Shown here in pieces: positions 47,977 to 48,403 of a stretch of DNA of 48,403 bases (position 1 is its first letter; each line of letters begins with the position of its first letter). Origin of the DNA: Candidatus Acetothermia bacterium. GTDB lineage: Bacteria; Bipolaricaulota; Bipolaricaulia; M55B111. The position numbers and the translations under genes are program-made. Under the pieces are notes generated by a model, which saw only the letters and a list, made by a program, of their open reading frames with translations, made no database searches and was not told the origin of the DNA. The stretch is taken from NCBI GenBank assembly GCA_046543235.1, contig JBKGZT010000002.1:1-48403 (forward strand), in the 5' to 3' direction.

Positions 47977-48403
47977 GTTACCTCCTCTTTACGTTTATCG
48001 GTTCGACCAACTGGGTAATTTTATACTTATCAAAATTTATTTCAAATTGGAATTTAGTACGAAAAAGATGGGCCGGTTCCTGATCCTGCACCAAACACCA
48101 CGTGAATACCGACCTGCCCCCGGCTCGGCCCTTTGAGACTTCGAGAACTTTGGTGCTCAGATTAGGTGGCGCTTGGTATCGGAGGCTGCATGCGATACTC
48201 TCTTTGGTTTCATATAACTATTGTATTACATTTAGACTAAGTAATTAACCTTACCTGCCTGACGGCAGGAGAACTTTTCACCCCCGGCCAAAGGTCGGGG
48301 GATTTAAGTTCTGGTTTTTCCCAAAAGAACAACCGGACTTCAAAGGGGATCGAAAATCAACTCGAATAAAAGCGACCTTAAGAACTTACTGTTGCGGATA
48401 GTC

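Noticed and set aside
47985-48000. GGTTCGA, T-loop-like string suggesting a tRNA
   Set aside because: No acceptor, D or anticodon stem pairing can be drawn around it. It lies in the 5' flank of the DUF2892 gene.
1-48403. Search for CRISPR arrays, tRNA/rRNA genes, transposases, integrases, toxin-antitoxin or known defence genes
   Set aside because: I found no regularly spaced direct repeats and no recognisable mobile-element or defence protein motifs in any frame. The accessory-looking content is limited to the signalling protein and small ORFs.

Overview
This 48.4 kb window is almost wall-to-wall amino-acid biosynthesis genes from a prokaryote. It is most likely a bacterium: GGAGG-type RBSs, a c-di-GMP HD-GYP/GGDEF protein, hisZ, and classical zwf/pgl. 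GC looks mid-range by eye and the proteins are rich in Glu/Asp. I saw no rRNA, tRNA, CRISPR array, transposase, integrase or phage genes.

Gene order:
- A partial lipoprotein gene (-), then metX fused to a CBS pair (+).
- argG-argH-carA-carB (-), translationally coupled.
- A 700 nt AT-rich divergent control region.
- lysW, two tandem LysX/ArgX-type ATP-grasp ligases, then lysY-lysZ-lysJ (+). lysW (54 aa) was found by eye; it is too short for the ORF track.
- A hairpin-rich spacer.
- NifV-type homocitrate/Re-citrate synthase-like gene, LeuC/HacA, a 650 nt non-coding spacer, LeuD/HacB, an IDH/HICDH-like dehydrogenase, lysK, a homocitrate synthase with a C-terminal RAM domain, and ilvE (+).
- A small secreted peptide and an 828 aa cupin/HD-GYP/GAF/GGDEF signalling protein (+).
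- Zn-ribbon ORF-ilvD-ilvB-ilvN-ilvC-leuA-leuB-cimA (-), then pheA and a rubrerythrin-like gene (-).
- A complete his operon, hisZ-G-D-B-H-A-F-IE-C, plus a HAD phosphatase (+).
- DUF2892-zwf-pgl (-).

I found no obvious defence, mobile or toxin system. The most interesting points are metabolic and architectural:
1. A LysW amino-group-carrier system with two ligase paralogs placed back-to-back with argGH-carAB. This suggests a shared Lys/Arg carrier pathway of the kind characterised in archaea.
2. Two LeuA-family condensing enzymes share one hydrolyase pair and one dehydrogenase. The ilv/leu operon has no leuCD of its own.
3. Several unexplained structured or repeated non-coding segments: 9130-9830, 14804-14961, 17497-18150, and a repeat at 2071-2116 / 45437-45509.
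4. A HAD gene at the end of the his operon is a candidate for the missing histidinol-phosphate phosphatase.

All functional calls rest on my recognition of motifs in the translations. No database search was run.
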